NCBI GenBank assembly: GCA_965261935.1
Contig: OZ253485.1
Span: forward strand, 1,573,173 to 1,637,172
Reading direction: 5' to 3'
Origin: Dehalococcoidia bacterium
Lineage (GTDB): Bacteria; Chloroflexota; Dehalococcoidia; Lucifugimonadales; G963668185
Length of the DNA: 64,000 bases
In this document: piece after piece, positions 1-8,737 of the stretch
How the letters are laid out: every line of letters begins with the position of its first letter
Position numbering within the stretch: position 1 is the stretch's first letter
Translations under genes and position numbers: made by a program
The notes under the pieces: generated by a model
The model's input: the letters and a program-made list of their open reading frames with translations, nothing else
What the model was told of the DNA's origin: nothing
The model's database searches: none

Positions 1-1158
1 GTAGGGAGCGTCATCTCCGCAGTAAGCGACGATGGTTCCCGGGTAGAAGTTCAGCCATGCGTACACGCGGGCCTCGTCCCAGATTGTTGCCGGATCGTCC
101 TGAGGTCGGCCCTCCGTGGAGAGGAATCTGCCGATGTCATAGTAGCGCTGGGAAGCATCGAAGATTCTTTCCAGCGCTATGTCCCACCCGGCGATCAACT
201 CATCCGGTGAAACTCCCATCTCGTCGGCGTCGAGGACTATCCCCAACCAGGATTCAAACAGCTCTCCATACGCGTCCTCGGCGTCGTCTCTGGCTTCCTG
301 GGCGTCGCCCACCTGGTCTCGCTCCCTGTCTTCGGCTAGTGCTAGGTTGTTGCGGGCGTTCGCCAGCGTTCTCTGTGCTGACGCAACGTCGTTGGCTGCG
401 TCTGCCTGCAGCTCCTCCGTGGGGAGCGACAGATCGTCGAGCCGTTCCCTGGCCGCCAGCCATGCCACTTCAGCGTCGGCGGCCACCGACTCCGCCTTGG
501 CTAAGGCCTCCGCGTGGTCGTCGGTCATCCCTGCGAGATCGGTCCGGGCAGCCTGGACGTCGAGTCTTGCCCTGGCTACGTTTGCTTCGGCGTCGGCCAC
601 CGCCGCCCTCGCTCTCGTGACCGCCGACGCGTGATCGTCTGTCATACCGTCGAGTGCGGTCCGGGCAGCCTGGACCGCCAGTTCCGCGTCCGCTAGTTCG
701 GAGCCGGCCTGCACGAGCTGAAGGTCGGTGGCACCGGCTTCCCCGGACTCGAGCGCTTCCTCAGCGTCGCGGAGTACTCGCAGGGCCTTGACGAGGTCCG
801 CTTCCAGTTCCGCCACCGTCTCGGCGTCCAGGGCCACCAGAGCCGCTCCCTCCGGGACGGCCTGCCCTTCGCTGACCATTACGCGGCCCACGATGAACGC
901 ACCTTCCCTTCCCGCTTCCGTCCCGAATCTCAGGGTCTCGCGTTCCGGGTAAACCAGGTTGCCAGTGAGCGACACATCGTTCACCAGGTCGCCTCTACTG
1001 ACCGGCACGATCTGCTGGCCCTCCTCCAACGCGGTCTCGCCATCGGACGTGGACAGGTACACGCCGACCGCGGTCCCGCCCGCGCCGAGCAGCAGGGCCG
1101 CCAGTACGGCGATCTGCCACGGGTGAAGCGATCTGAGGGGTCTCAAAAGTTGCAGCAT
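1..1158 (-). CDS. HlyD/RND-type efflux periplasmic adaptor (membrane fusion protein); 5' part only, runs off the window
   Basis: Manual translation from ATG at 1158: MLQLLRPLRSLHPWQIAVLAALLLGAGG...VPVSRGDLVNDVSLTGNLVYPERETLRFG...GRVMVSEGQAVPEGAALVALD, followed by a long Ala/Glu coiled coil. AGAGGT RBS upstream. Confidence 0.8.
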   Translation of the reverse strand, partial: MLQLLRPLRSLHPWQIAVLAALLLGAGGTAVGVYLSTSDGETALEEGQQIVPVSRGDLVNDVSLTGNLVYPERETLRFGTEAGREGAFIVGRVMVSEGQAVPEGAALVALDAETVAELEADLVKALRVLRDAEEALESGEAGATDLQLVQAGSELADAELAVQAARTALDGMTDDHASAVTRARAAVADAEANVARARLDVQAARTDLAGMTDDHAEALAKAESVAADAEVAWLAARERLDDLSLPTEELQADAANDVASAQRTLANARNNLALAEDRERDQVGDAQEARDDAEDAYGELFESWLGIVLDADEMGVSPDELIAGWDIALERIFDASQRYYDIGRFLSTEGRPQDDPATIWDEARVYAWLNFYPGTIVAYCGDDAPY

Positions 1159-1306
1159 CGGGTGTGAATGACCTCTCTAACCGGCGGTGCATTCGCGGAT
1201 ATACGCTTCCGACATTCGTGGACGCCAAGTTAGCGGCGCATTGTCAAGAAAGTGTGAACTTGGCAGCCGACCTCGGCCGGCTTCCGACCGCCGAGGCGCG
1301 AAGCCC

Positions 1307-1780
1307 CTACTCTTCGTCCCTGGAGCCCAGCGCCAGAACTATGTGCCACTCGTCCTCGGTCACCGGCTGGACCGAGAGTCTGGAGTTTTTGACCAGCGCC
1401 ATATTCTCCAGCCCGGGCGTGCTCTTGATCTCACGCAGCGTGACTTGCCGGCGCAGCTTGACCTTGGCCTGGATGTCCACCATGTGCCAAAGTGGGTTGT
1501 CAGGCGTGCTCCGCGGATCGGGATGCTCTGACTCCGGGTCCCACGCGGTGTCGTCCGGGTACGCCTCCTCCACCACCGCGGCAAGGCCCACAACCGCTGT
1601 GGGTTTGGCCTGCGAGTGGTAGAACAGCACCTCGTCGCCTACCTTCATTGCCTGCATGTTGTTTCGGGCCTGGTAGTTGCGGACCCCGTCCCACTCGGCG
1701 ATTCCGTCCTCTTCGTTCATCAGGTCGTCGAACGAATAATCGGACGGCTCGGACTTGACCAGCCAGTATCTCTTTGCCAT
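1307..1780 (-). CDS. EVE domain protein
   Basis: YWLVKSEP, WDGVRNYQARN, GDEVLFYHS and SRLSVQPV motifs. Confidence 0.95.
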   Translation of the reverse strand: MAKRYWLVKSEPSDYSFDDLMNEEDGIAEWDGVRNYQARNNMQAMKVGDEVLFYHSQAKPTAVVGLAAVVEEAYPDDTAWDPESEHPDPRSTPDNPLWHMVDIQAKVKLRRQVTLREIKSTPGLENMALVKNSRLSVQPVTEDEWHIVLALGSRDEE

Positions 1781-1866
1781 TGGTTCCTGCGGACCTCCGG
1801 GCCACTGTCGACTACGATCAGAATACTATAGCAGCCAACTCCGTCATCGAAGTCCACGCGTCGTTC

Positions 1867-1984
1867 GTAACGGTTCAGACTTTATGACGATTCCTCGGCA
1901 ACTCCAGTCCACCGTCATACCGGCGAAAGTCGGTGTCCGGAAAGTGCGGTTAAGGCAAGCGTTTTATTGAGTCTGAACACTAAC
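1867..1984. mobile_element. Putative IS66-type MITE containing a GTCAT-type REP-like hairpin
   Basis: Ends GTAACGGTTCAGACTTTATGA and TTATTGAGTCTGAACACTAAC are imperfect inverted repeats resembling the IS66 ends at 22120 and 23554. Interior contains GTCATACCGGCGAAAGTCGGTGTCC. No target-site duplication seen. Confidence 0.5.
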
Positions 1985-2030
1985 TCCGGACGCGTGCCTA
2001 TCGCAAACTATTCAGACCTTGCGGATACCC

Positions 2031-2175
2031 CGTTCGCCCTTGTGTCTTGGAGGTAAGGCGGGGCAGATCAGTCCCCTCGCCCTTGATGGGAGAGGGCTAG
2101 GGTGAGGGTGAAACCCCGCCGCGAGTGGCACGAAGGAACTCGCCCCAACGTCGTTCGCCCTTGTATCTTGGAGGT
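2031..2175. repeat. 24-bp direct repeat flanking a CCCTC/GAGGG-type REP palindrome
   Basis: CGTTCGCCCTTGT(G/A)TCTTGGAGGT at 2031-2054 and 2152-2175. REP GTCCCCTCGCCCTTGATGGGAGAGGGCTAGGGTGAGGG at 2071-2108. Confidence 0.7.
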
Positions 2176-2246
2176 GTTGGGATGTCCCCGGCCCGCGGCC
2201 CATTCTGTTAGGTTCCTGGCTGCACTCAGGTCGCTGTTCAGCCGCC

Positions 2247-3317
2247 TCACGCCTCCACCGCCTCCAGATTCATCTCCTGCTCCCGTCGGATCAGCGCGTC
2301 GATCAGAGTTTCCACGTCGCCGTCCAGCACCCCCTCCAGGTTGTGCAGCGTGAGCCTGACCCGATGGTCCGTGACGCGGCGGTCCGGGAAGTTGTATGTG
2401 CGAACGCGCTGGGACCTGTCTCCGGTGCCCACCTGCGCCCTGCGCGCCTCCGTCTCCTCGCGTTGCTGCCGCTCCACCTCGCGGGCCAGTACGCGGGCGC
2501 GGAGCACGGCCATCGCCTTCTCGCGGTTCTTGTGCTGCGACGACTCGTCCTGGCATGTGGCTACAATGCCCGTCGGCTTGTGCGTGATGCGTACCGCTGT
2601 AGCCACCTTCTGGACGTTCTGGCCGCCGTGTCCGCTCGCATGGTATATGTCCGTCTGCAGGTCATCCGCCTTGATCTCCACGTCCACCTCCTCGGCCTCC
2701 GGAAGCACCGCCACAGTGGCCGCGGAAGTGTGGATTCTGCCGCTCGACTCCGTCGTAGGCACGCGCTGCACCCGGTGCGTCCCGCTCTCGTGTTTCAGAC
2801 GGCTGTACGCGCCGCCCCCTCTGACCATGAACACGATCTCTTTGAGTCCGCCGATGCCAGTCCTGCTGACGTCCATGATCTCGATCTTCCAACCCTGGCC
2901 CTGGGCGTATCTTGAGTACATGCGGTAAAGGTCGGCCACGAAGAGAGCGGCCTCCTCGCCGCCTGTCCCGGCGCGTACCTCCATCACAACGTTCTTCTCG
3001 TCGTTCGGGTTCTTCGGGATCAGAGCGACCCTCAAGTCTTGTTCGACTTCCGACCGCCGCTCCTCCAGCTCCTCCAACTCTTGCCGGGCGAACGCGCCCA
3101 TTTCCTGGTCGGTTTCCTCTCGGATCAGGGCCGTGGTCTCTTCTAGTTCATGGAGCACCTTCCGGTACTCCACGGAGAGGGAGGCTATCTGACGGATCGA
3201 TGCCTGCTCCTGCGCCAGCTTCTGGACCCTGGAGTAGTCGACCGAAACCTCCGGGTCGGCGAGGAGCCTGTCGATCTCGTTGTAGCGCCGCTCCACTGTT
3301 GTCAGCTTTTCGAGCAT
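2247..3317 (-). CDS. prfA: Peptide chain release factor 1
   Basis: GTGGEEAALF, HRVQRVPTTE (PxT), GGQ and RTYNFP motifs. Confidence 0.98.
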   Translation of the reverse strand: MLEKLTTVERRYNEIDRLLADPEVSVDYSRVQKLAQEQASIRQIASLSVEYRKVLHELEETTALIREETDQEMGAFARQELEELEERRSEVEQDLRVALIPKNPNDEKNVVMEVRAGTGGEEAALFVADLYRMYSRYAQGQGWKIEIMDVSRTGIGGLKEIVFMVRGGGAYSRLKHESGTHRVQRVPTTESSGRIHTSAATVAVLPEAEEVDVEIKADDLQTDIYHASGHGGQNVQKVATAVRITHKPTGIVATCQDESSQHKNREKAMAVLRARVLAREVERQQREETEARRAQVGTGDRSQRVRTYNFPDRRVTDHRVRLTLHNLEGVLDGDVETLIDALIRREQEMNLEAVEA

Positions 3318-3335
3318 ATCTGTGACCCGCTTCCT

Positions 3336-4592
3336 CTACTCGTCCTGCCTCACCGGCTCGGCCACGCTGCCCGCCGGTACGTCACGCTGGCTTCCGTCCG
3401 ACATTCGGCGCAGCGCGTACGATCCGCTCTCCAACTCGTTCTCGCCGATGATCAGCGCATGCGTGGCGTGCGCCGCCGCCGCGTACCGCATCTGCGCTCG
3501 AAGACTCCGCCCGGCGGGTGCCAGCACGGCGGCTATCCCCGCGCTGCGCAGACGCGATGCTTCCTTGATGCCCGCGAGCGCGGCCTTCGTGCCCAGGTTG
3601 GCGATGACGACCTTGGGAGCCGTCGCCGCGTCCGCTGGCTTGCCCAGCTCCCGCACCGCTTCCAGAGCCCGTTCTATCCCCATGCCGAACCCCATGCCGG
3701 GCGTCGGTCTGCCGTCCAGCTCTTCGACCAGGCCGTCGTACCGCCCTCCGCCGACCATCGTGCTGGTGCGGCCTCCGACGGGTGGCACGATCTCGAACAC
3801 TGTGCGGGTGTAGTAGTCGAAGCCTCTCACCAGCGTGTGTTCGATCTTCGGCGAAAGGCCCGCAACTGCGAGGCAGGCGTTCATTTCCTGCCAGTGGTCC
3901 GCACACTCGTCGCACAGGTAGTCGATCATGTGCGGCGCCGTCTCGACCACCGGCTGGCATGACTCCTGCTTGCAGTCGAGCAGCCGCAGAGGGTTGCGCT
4001 CCAGGCGTCTTAGACAATCCTCGCAGAGCGTGTCGATGTTCTGGGTGTAGTGGGCCTGCAGTTCGCGGATGTACGGTGGCCTGCACTTGGCGTCGCCTAT
4101 CGAGTTCACGAGCAGCGAGAGATCGCTGAGACCCAGCGATTCCAGAAAACGCCAGCCGAGCTCGATCACTTCGGCGTCCACTGGTGCGCTCGCATCGCCC
4201 AGCGCCTCAATTCCGAACTGGTGGTGCTGTCTGTACCGTCCCGACTGCGGCCGCTCGTAGCGGAAAATCGGGCAGAGGTAGTACATCCTCACCGGCTGCG
4301 GCAGGTTGTGCATCCCGTGCTGGATGTACGCCCGGACCACAGAAGCCGTGCCCTCCGGGCGCAGCGTCAGAAGGTCGCCGCCCCGGTCCTCGAACGTGTA
4401 CGTCTCCTTCTCGACGATGTCTGTGACCTCGCCGATGCCGCGCGCGAAGACGCGGGCGTCCTCGAACTGCGGCGTCTCGATCCGGCCGTACCCGAACAGC
4501 GCGGCAATCTCCGATGCTCTGTTCTCGAACATCCTCCGAGCCGGCTGGTCCTCCGGCAGAATGTCGAACGTGCCTCTAGGTGACGTGAACAA
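3336..4592 (-). CDS. hisS: Histidine--tRNA ligase
   Basis: PRGTFD, LRPEGTA, FRYERPQSGRYRQH, RGFDYY and GGGRYDGL motifs. Confidence 0.98.
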   Translation of the reverse strand: MFTSPRGTFDILPEDQPARRMFENRASEIAALFGYGRIETPQFEDARVFARGIGEVTDIVEKETYTFEDRGGDLLTLRPEGTASVVRAYIQHGMHNLPQPVRMYYLCPIFRYERPQSGRYRQHHQFGIEALGDASAPVDAEVIELGWRFLESLGLSDLSLLVNSIGDAKCRPPYIRELQAHYTQNIDTLCEDCLRRLERNPLRLLDCKQESCQPVVETAPHMIDYLCDECADHWQEMNACLAVAGLSPKIEHTLVRGFDYYTRTVFEIVPPVGGRTSTMVGGGRYDGLVEELDGRPTPGMGFGMGIERALEAVRELGKPADAATAPKVVIANLGTKAALAGIKEASRLRSAGIAAVLAPAGRSLRAQMRYAAAAHATHALIIGENELESGSYALRRMSDGSQRDVPAGSVAEPVRQDE

Positions 4593-4631
4593 GTGCTTTT
4601 GGTCTCCTGGGGGTAATTGAGGCTAACGTGC

Positions 4632-4763
4632 CTATCGCTCGACTTCGGGCACGACGGGGAAACGTGTGCCGTACTTGCGCCGATGCCGGCCGATGGGGTT
4701 ACGTTCGACGTCGACAGTGAACTCCCAGAAGCCAGGACTGCGTTGGCGGATGCTGCCGTTCAT
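4632..4763 (-). pseudogene. N-terminal (arm-binding) fragment of a tyrosine integrase
   Basis: Manual translation MNGSIRQRSPGFWEFTVDVERNPIGRHRRKYG...* resembles the GSIRQR...WE...D...R..KY start of ICE/phage integrases. No catalytic domain follows. Confidence 0.6.
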
Positions 4764-4769
4764 GTATGG

Positions 4770-5177
4770 CTATGCATCCTCTTTGTCACGTTTAACGGCT
4801 ATGGGTGACTGCAACGACAAATTCGCAAGCATATCGATTATTTCCTGGAATTCACGGTTTGGGGTCTTGAAGGCATGGTCGTGCAAGAAATGATAGAAGA
4901 GCAAGAGATGGATGCCACCAAGGAATTTAGCAATAACATCCAATTGACCCTGAGTGTGGTCTCCTTCCGGATCGTCCCATTGTTTTTGATTCTGACTCTT
5001 AGCACTATCGACCGCCATCTTGCCAATGTCTACTAAAGTCTTGATATCGTCGGTGATTCTTTGACGCCACCTTCGCACGACCCAATACCACCAGAGGGCA
5101 CCACTCATTAATGCAAACATAGCAATTCCAGCAGTAAAGATTACGGCCCAATTCGCAGCCGCTTCCAGAGTCATCAC
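4770..5177 (-). CDS. Hypothetical membrane protein (low GC)
   Basis: AGGAG RBS, one N-terminal TM helix, AT-rich relative to the backbone. Confidence 0.6.
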   Translation of the reverse strand: MMTLEAAANWAVIFTAGIAMFALMSGALWWYWVVRRWRQRITDDIKTLVDIGKMAVDSAKSQNQKQWDDPEGDHTQGQLDVIAKFLGGIHLLLFYHFLHDHAFKTPNREFQEIIDMLANLSLQSPIAVKRDKEDA

Positions 5178-5207
5178 TATCTCCTAATCCCAAGCCATCC
5201 GGCCCGC

Positions 5208-5648
5208 TCAGCCTTTCTGCGCTGGCGGATGCTGCCTTCCGTGCACTAGCACAGGACCCTCCTCCCAACCCCTTCCTCTAGGTTGATTCACCCGCTGCTG
5301 GAAGTGCTGCCCATCTTTCAGTCCCTCAGCAGGGTCATTCAAGTCCAAGCTGTGCCACTTCGTCCACGTGTCGTCATCAAGCATCTCACGACGCTCAAAG
5401 CATAACGCCAACGTGAGCGTAATCTCGGGCTCGGGCTCGGGCTTACAAGTTTCGATGCTAACCTGACCGTCCATCGCCAACGCGCCACTGGCTCTGAGGT
5501 GGGCATCGATTTTCGATCGCATTAGGCTAACCTCATTCGGCGACATGGCAGCATTCACGTGGATTGCCATGTCTTGCTGTAGTCGGTCCAATTGCAATGC
5601 ACTAAGTACACCATCTGGCAGCCTGACAATTACATTCCCACAATTCAT
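5208..5648 (-). CDS. Hypothetical protein
   Basis: 146-aa ORF with AAGGA RBS, co-oriented within the islet. Confidence 0.5.
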   Translation of the reverse strand: MNCGNVIVRLPDGVLSALQLDRLQQDMAIHVNAAMSPNEVSLMRSKIDAHLRASGALAMDGQVSIETCKPEPEPEITLTLALCFERREMLDDDTWTKWHSLDLNDPAEGLKDGQHFQQRVNQPRGRGWEEGPVLVHGRQHPPAQKG

Positions 5649-5665
5649 TATCCTTCTCTTTCCTT

Positions 5666-5917
5666 TCAGTTCTTAGCCATCCAGCCGTTCCTCTTGTTGA
5701 GGGCGCGGAGGCCGGACAGGGTGAGGGTATTGGACTTGGCGCGGTTGCAGGGGCCGCAGAGCAGCAGCCAGTTGGAGATGTGGTCCAGCCCGCCGTCTGA
5801 GCGCGAGGTGTTGTGGTCGAGGTCTAGGTGGAGCTCGTCGTCGAAATGCCGCAGACAGCCCCGGCACTTGAAGCCGCTGTTCTGGATGAGTGCCTGCTTC
5901 ATCTCGGCGTGGGTCAT
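5666..5917 (-). CDS. Small HNH endonuclease domain (possibly a fragment of a larger R-M protein)
   Basis: CxxC...DH...GG...N...LCxxCN..K HNH/zinc motif. Confidence 0.8.
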   Translation of the reverse strand: MTHAEMKQALIQNSGFKCRGCLRHFDDELHLDLDHNTSRSDGGLDHISNWLLLCGPCNRAKSNTLTLSGLRALNKRNGWMAKN

Positions 5918-5926
5918 GTGCTGGAC

Positions 5927-6811
5927 CTACGCCGGCACTGCCGTTCGGCGGGTAGCAGCCGCATGCTGCTCGTCGGCGTGGTAGGAGCTGCGCACCAGCG
6001 GCCCCGACGCCACGTGCTTGAAGCCGAGCGCATCCCCTTCTTCGCGCAGCTCGTCGAACTCCGCCGGCGTATACCAGCGCGCCATCGCAACGTGACGAGG
6101 CGTTGGCCGCAGGTACTGGCCAATCGTGAGCAGATCGCAGTCCACCGCCCTGAGGTCGCGCATCGTATCCGCGATCTCCTCGCGCGTCTCCCCGAGCCCC
6201 ACCATCATGCCCGACTTCGTGACGGCGTTCGGGTACGATTCCTTGACTCTGGCAAGAAGCTCTAGCGACTGGTCGTAACCGCCCTTCGGCCGGACCGACC
6301 GGAACACCCGCCGGACCGTTTCGATATTGTGATTGAGAGTGTCAGGCTCCGCATCCATAACCTTGTTGAGGGCGGGCCTGTCGCCCTGGAAGTCCGGTAT
6401 CAGCACCTCGACCTTGCACTCCGGGATTCGCTTGCGGATCTGCCGGATGCACTCCGCGAACAGGAAGGCCCCGCCGTCCGGGAGGTCGTCCCGGTTCACC
6501 GACGTGATCACCGCGTACTTGAGGCCCATCAACTCGACCGTCTCGGCCAGGCGGACGGGCTCCCTAAGGTCCAGCCCCTCCGGCCGGCCTGACGTCACGG
6601 CACAGTACCGGCATGCCCTCGTGCAGACGTTGCCGAGGATCATGAACGTTGCCGTGCGCCTTTCCCAGCAGCCGCCGATGTTGGGGCAGTGGGCCTCTTC
6701 GCACACGGTGTGTAGCCCGTGGCCCCTGAGCACGTTCTTGAGTTCGATGTAGTTCGGGCCGCCCGGAGCCTTGACCTTGAGCCACTCCGGAAGCCTACGT
6801 TTGGTGGTCAT
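5927..6811 (-). CDS. lipA: Lipoyl synthase
   Basis: CEEAHCPNIGGC, CTRACRYC and RSSYHA motifs. Confidence 0.98.
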   Translation of the reverse strand: MTTKRRLPEWLKVKAPGGPNYIELKNVLRGHGLHTVCEEAHCPNIGGCWERRTATFMILGNVCTRACRYCAVTSGRPEGLDLREPVRLAETVELMGLKYAVITSVNRDDLPDGGAFLFAECIRQIRKRIPECKVEVLIPDFQGDRPALNKVMDAEPDTLNHNIETVRRVFRSVRPKGGYDQSLELLARVKESYPNAVTKSGMMVGLGETREEIADTMRDLRAVDCDLLTIGQYLRPTPRHVAMARWYTPAEFDELREEGDALGFKHVASGPLVRSSYHADEQHAAATRRTAVPA

Positions 6812-6973
6812 ATGCTCAACCTGCGTGACGATGAGTAGTGATCATGTTATCACCTGAATCCGGCGTAGGGCCTGCGCAGCATTACCCATTGAAATGAGCG
6901 AAAATGACGGTCGCCCGTCTAGCGCATTCGGCCTTGTGCGCGGAAAGCGTTTGGTTGCGGCAATTTGCGCCTA

Positions 6974-7011
6974 TTGCCTTCTGCGAACACTAGTGCTACT
7001 ATTGTTGTATG
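6974..7011 (+). promoter_or_regulatory. Sigma70-type promoter with LexA-like box and leaderless start (element copy 1)
   Basis: TTGCCT-17bp-TACTAT-6bp-ATGAAC, with CGAAC-ACTA-GTGC in the spacer. Confidence 0.65.
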
Positions 7012-7309
7012 AACATCGTCGACCGAGCACCCATGCAGGCGAGCCGTGTCCTTATGGGTCCAGGGCCATGCCCTGGTGCCCTGGTGCCTTGGTGGCCGCT
7101 CTTGACCGCGTTCGGCCGCTTCTGGAGCTTCTGGCGCCGCACTTCAGCTTGGAATTGCCCGCATCAGGCCGCCTACCGCGGACATCCCCGTGGTTCTCAG
7201 TCTCGAATGCGCAGCGCCGGTTGACATTGAAATCGCGCGCCAACGGCTTCTCCATCCTGGCCTGGGCTCGGGACCCGTTCCCTACCCCGATGCGGCACCC
7301 CTTCACCGA

Positions 7310-7436
7310 CTGTCTCACGAATGTCTCAAAGTGTCTCAATGTTGCTTCATTTCCGTCTCATCAACGTCTCAAACTCGTCTCACTGCCAACGAGGAGCCAG
7401 CTATGAAACGAGACGAAACGAGACGAAATGAGACGT
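7310..7436 (+). repeat. Phased repeat array (copy 1)
   Basis: GTCTCA-like units at 7312, 7323, 7333, 7344, 7355, 7366, 7377; CAGCTATG at 7398; GAGAC at 7410, 7420, 7430. Confidence 0.85.
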
Positions 7437-7503
7437 TTCAATCGCCCTGCGGTGCTCGGCCAAGCTGAGGAGGCCCTACATTGACGTCCCACGGGAAGCG
7501 CAA

Positions 7504-8715
7504 TTGACCGCCCGCCAAGACCCTCAGCCCGGGGACCGGCTTGAGCATGCGGAGCTCCTCCTCGGCCGCATGGGTGAACTCGGTGACACGGTCGCCGAGT
7601 TGGACGGTGAGCCGGTCAACGTGTTCGGCGGAATTCCGGGCGAGAGGGTCGTCGCCCGGATCGTGCGCTTCCGAAGAAGACGAAAGCGCGTCGTGTCGGC
7701 AATCGTGACCGAGGTGATCGAGCCCTCGCCTCACCGCGTCTCGCCTCCGTGCCCGTTCTTCGGGCCCTGCACCGGCTGCCAGTGGCAGCACATCGACTAC
7801 GGTCATCAGTTGCGCCTGAAGCGGGGGTGTGTCTTGGACAGGCTCAGCGAGCACGAAGCTCTCGAAGGCGTGGATGTTCAGGCGGTTATGCTCGCTCAGG
7901 AGAAATTTGAGTACCGCAACCACGCTCGGTTCACAGTGCGCAGGGAGGGCCAAATTGGGTTCGTCAACCGGATCACGCGCCGCTTCGTTGAGATCGACCG
8001 CTGCATGCTCATGGACCCCTGGATCAACGGGACGCTGCGGGAGCTGAACGGTAAATGCGCCGAGACTTCCCAGCTCACCATGAGGTACGGCGTAAACACA
8101 GGCGACTGGCTGCTTCAGCCGCATCTTAAGAGCCGGGACGTGAAAATGTTCACCGGCCAGCCCCACTACGAAGAGGAGATGCTCGGTCACAGGTTCCGGA
8201 TCGGGTCTCCGTCGTTCTTCCAGGTCAACACGCGGCAGGCGGAACGGCTGCTGTCGCTCGTCTTCGAACGACTGCGTCTGAGTGGGCGCGAAACGGTTGT
8301 GGATGCCTATGCCGGCGTCGGCGTCTTCGCCGTTGCCGCCGCTGAAGGCGCCCGCCGCGTCATCGCCATCGAGGAGTCGCGTGCCGCGGTCGAGGACGCC
8401 GCGGCCAACACGGAAGGCATCGAAAATCTTGAATACGTCGAGGGAAAGACCGAGCACGTGCTCGCTTCAATTGGCGAGCCTCCCGACGCGGTTGTTCTGG
8501 ACCCGCCGCGCTCCGGCTGCCACGCGGACGCCTTGGAATCGCTTCTGGGACTGGCCCCGCCCCGCGTCGTCTACGTGTCCTGCGATCCACAGTCCTTAGC
8601 GCGAGACTTGGCGATTCTAGTCGAAGGCGGGTACGGCGTGGAGTCGGTCGAGCCCATCGACATGTTCCCGCACACGCACCACGTGGAGTGCGTAGCAACG
8701 CTGACGCGTGGCTAG
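7504..8715 (+). CDS. rlmD: RlmD/TrmA-family RNA (uracil-5)-methyltransferase
   Basis: TRAM-like N-terminus, CPFFGPCTGC Fe-S motif, SFFQVN, DPPR, YVSCDP and DMFPHT motifs. Confidence 0.9.
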   Translation: MTARQDPQPGDRLEHAELLLGRMGELGDTVAELDGEPVNVFGGIPGERVVARIVRFRRRRKRVVSAIVTEVIEPSPHRVSPPCPFFGPCTGCQWQHIDYGHQLRLKRGCVLDRLSEHEALEGVDVQAVMLAQEKFEYRNHARFTVRREGQIGFVNRITRRFVEIDRCMLMDPWINGTLRELNGKCAETSQLTMRYGVNTGDWLLQPHLKSRDVKMFTGQPHYEEEMLGHRFRIGSPSFFQVNTRQAERLLSLVFERLRLSGRETVVDAYAGVGVFAVAAAEGARRVIAIEESRAAVEDAAANTEGIENLEYVEGKTEHVLASIGEPPDAVVLDPPRSGCHADALESLLGLAPPRVVYVSCDPQSLARDLAILVEGGYGVESVEPIDMFPHTHHVECVATLTRG

Positions 8716-8737
8716 AGATCGAAGGGGCGGTTAAGGT

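Noticed and set aside
1993-4638. 12-bp match CGTGCCTATCGC at 1993 and 4627 as att sites
   Set aside because: Short, and it would bracket the essential prfA and hisS genes; probably chance.
7009-7224. The leaderless ~70-aa ORFs (also 19525-19740 and 59217-59423) as a protein family
   Set aside because: Similarity is limited to MN and to translated repeats, and the frame through the core differs between copies. Translation is not excluded.
7310-7436. Repeat arrays as CRISPR or simple microsatellites
   Set aside because: Units are 6 bp with 4-5-bp linkers, there are no spacers or cas genes, and orientation inverts around a core.
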